From positions 138,200,001 through 138,264,000 of the forward strand of contig NC_086097.1 in assembly GCF_963921235.1 (NCBI RefSeq): a DNA stretch of 64,000 bases, written 5' to 3'. The translations under genes and the position numbers were made by a program. Under the pieces are notes generated by a model, which was not told the DNA's origin, searched no databases, and saw only the letters and a program-made list of their open reading frames with translations. Source of the stretch: Mobula hypostoma. Its lineage: Eukaryota. Positions 62,025-64,000 of this stretch are shown in pieces; positions within the stretch are counted from its first letter, which is position 1; every line of letters begins with the position of its first letter.

Positions 62025-63055
62025 AGCACAAACAAAATGCTGGAGGAACTCAGCAGGCCGGGCAGCACCTATGGAAAAGAGTAAACAGTCAATTATTTAC
62101 TCGTGTTTGTGAAACCACAGACAATTAAGCCTGATATCAGTGGGGAAAATTCAAGAACCTATTCTTAAGCGGGATAGAAAGAAGAAGATGGGATTGTAAA
62201 AATAAATATGAATTTATGAAAGGTAAATAATGCTTGCCAAATCTGTCTAAAGCTTTTGAGGTAGTAACTTTCAGGGGAGATAAAAGGAAAGGAGTGAATG
62301 TGAAGTGTTTGGCTCGATAGTAGAAAATAGTGGCAGTGCAGGCAGAGAAACATCGGGGGGTAAGGGAAAAGAAAGTGGAAAAGTCATTACCAGAAGGAGA
62401 TATCAATGTTCTTGCCATCAGGTTGGAGGCGACCCAGGCAAAATAAGAGGTGTTGCCTCTCAACCCAAAAGAACGGCCTCATTGTGGCAGAAGAGGAGAC
62501 CATGGCCCGACATGTCCGAATGGGAATGCAGATAGGAATAAAAATGGTTGGCCGCCAGGAAATTCTACTTTTGGCACATGGAACGGAGGTGCTCAACTAA
62601 ACAGTCCTCCAACTTGCATCAGATCTCACCAATGTAGAGGAGGCCACATCAGGAGCACTGGATACAACAGATGGCCACAAATAAAACCACATATGAAGTG
62701 TTGCCATTCCAGGAAGGATTGCTTGGGGCCGTGAATGGAGGTGAGGGAGGAGGCGAATGGGTAGGCGTAGCATTTCTTTTGCTTGCAGGGATATTTGCAA
62801 GGAAGGAGATTGGTGGGGTGGGATGAATGAACAAGGAAATCATGGACAGAGTGATCCTTGCAGAAAACAGTGGAGGGGGTGTAGGATACTGCTGAAGATG
62901 GCAGAAGGTGTGAAGAATGACGTGATGGATGTAGAGGCTCGTGGGGTGGTAGGATAGAAGAAACTCTATCTCTGTTAAGGCAGCGAAAATAAGGGTTGAG
63001 CACAGATGTCCAGGGAATGGAGATGCGAATGAGGACAGTATCAATCTCTTCCTCC
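62025..63055 (-). mobile_element. Penelope-like element (RT C-terminal region, GIY-YIG, tail) with a CR1 fragment at ~62110-62330
   Basis: ORFs contain LSYHPTSL, FCKDHSVHDFLVHS, YPCKQKKCYAY, ICCIQCS and LFCLGRLQPDGKNID. Confidence 0.85.
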
Positions 63056-63099
63056 ACAATGTTACTCTGGATTTCCACCATCTGCAGAATCTCGTGTTT

Positions 63100-64000
63100 A
63101 TGAATGGACAAGCAAACAGCAGATGGAATACAAGGTGGAAAAATGAGATCATCCACAGGCAGAAGAAAAGTGGAGTACTTTTTTTAAATAGTGGGAAACT
63201 GAAAAGTGTTCAGAGAGACCTAGGTCTCGTTGTGCATGAAACATTTAAGTTATTATACAGGTACAGGAAACGATTAGAAGGCAAATGGTGTGTTGATCTT
63301 TATTGCAAGAGGGTTTGAGTGCAAAAGCACAGACGTCATTCTGCAATTATGTAGAAACCTGGTGAGATCACATCTGGAATAATACGTACAGGGCGGGTGT
63401 CACCACTTCAGGGGAATTTACATAATAAAGTGTACAGATTGATTCCTGGGCATGGAGGAGACATGGATTGCTGTGGACTGATAAATGTTTGTACACTATA
63501 TTATGGGACTCAAAAACATTTGGGGTTAGTGCTGGAAAGTAGTACCGAGGTAAAAGATCAAGCTAACGGAGCTAAAAGGGGCTGAGCAGCCTATCACCTA
63601 CTTCTGTTGCTCAGTTTCATACCCAAAGCAGAATCAAGGCTAAGTGTTATGAAAAACTATGACAACTCACCCTCATCTGTGCCCCTCATAACTTCATAAA
63701 CTTCTATAAGGTCACCCCTATGCTATGCTCTAGGTTTAAAAAAAAAACAAGACCATCCAGATTCTTCTTATAACTCAAGCGCTACAGTCCCAGAAACATT
63801 CTCAAGAATCTTTTATGAATCCTTTCCAGCTTAAAGATTTCTGCTGCACACAATACTCCAAATGCAGTCTCATCAAAATCTTGTACAGTTGTAACAAGAC
63901 TTTCCACTCCTTGTACTCGGAGCCCTGGCAATGAAGGAAAGCATTCCATTTGAAGAGTGCAGAATGGCCCTCAGCCTCTATTCAATAGGTTTAATAGGTA
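63100..64000. mobile_element. Old CR1 fragments (plus strand 63100-63610; minus strand 63660-end)
   Basis: VQRDLGLVVHE, RSHLE-coding segments. Reverse-complement aatactccaaatgcagtct and cttctataaggtcacccc. Confidence 0.7.

Noticed and set aside
7212..64000. Endogenous viral element or prokaryotic insert
   Set aside because: Every long ORF resolves to LINE, PLE or Tc1 motifs, their antisense frames, or GC-rich/simple-repeat chance frames. No capsid, envelope, integrase or bacterial gene signature was recognised.

Overview
Eukaryotic, repeat-dominated DNA. The CR1, Penelope, Rex1/Babar and V-/Deu-SINE repertoire points to a cartilaginous fish, probably a ray (inference). No prokaryotic features and no intact autonomous ORF are present. 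Layout: (1) 1-7211 is a 28-bp-unit satellite with about 2.1-2.2 kb higher-order duplications. (2) 7.2-54.5 kb is intergenic and packed with decayed CR1, Rex1/Babar-like and RTE LINEs, Penelope-like elements (PLEs, GIY-YIG) whose 3' repeats carry minimal hammerhead-ribozyme motifs, two Tc1 fossils, a hAT MITE, SINEs, a ~1 kb (TG)n array and a CpG-retaining domain at ~15.7-19.35 kb. (3) ~55-59.1 kb holds the 3' end of an unidentified minus-strand host gene: small phase-compatible exons encoding ...AHGQCVNRNTFCRLGAKCRGKKESKNSLKVVEDMLEALQITQS*, plus a 3' UTR. None of these exons is captured correctly by the ORF track. The most notable items are the PLE hammerhead series, a TSD-flanked bipartite RTE-type non-autonomous element, a CR1 with a foreign 5' segment inside the same TSD, a 9.4-kb nested insertion stack, and a perfect 25-bp direct repeat bracketing the gene's last coding exon. 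I found no convincing evidence of a wholly new protein-coding system. Boundaries of old repeats are approximate and were read by eye.
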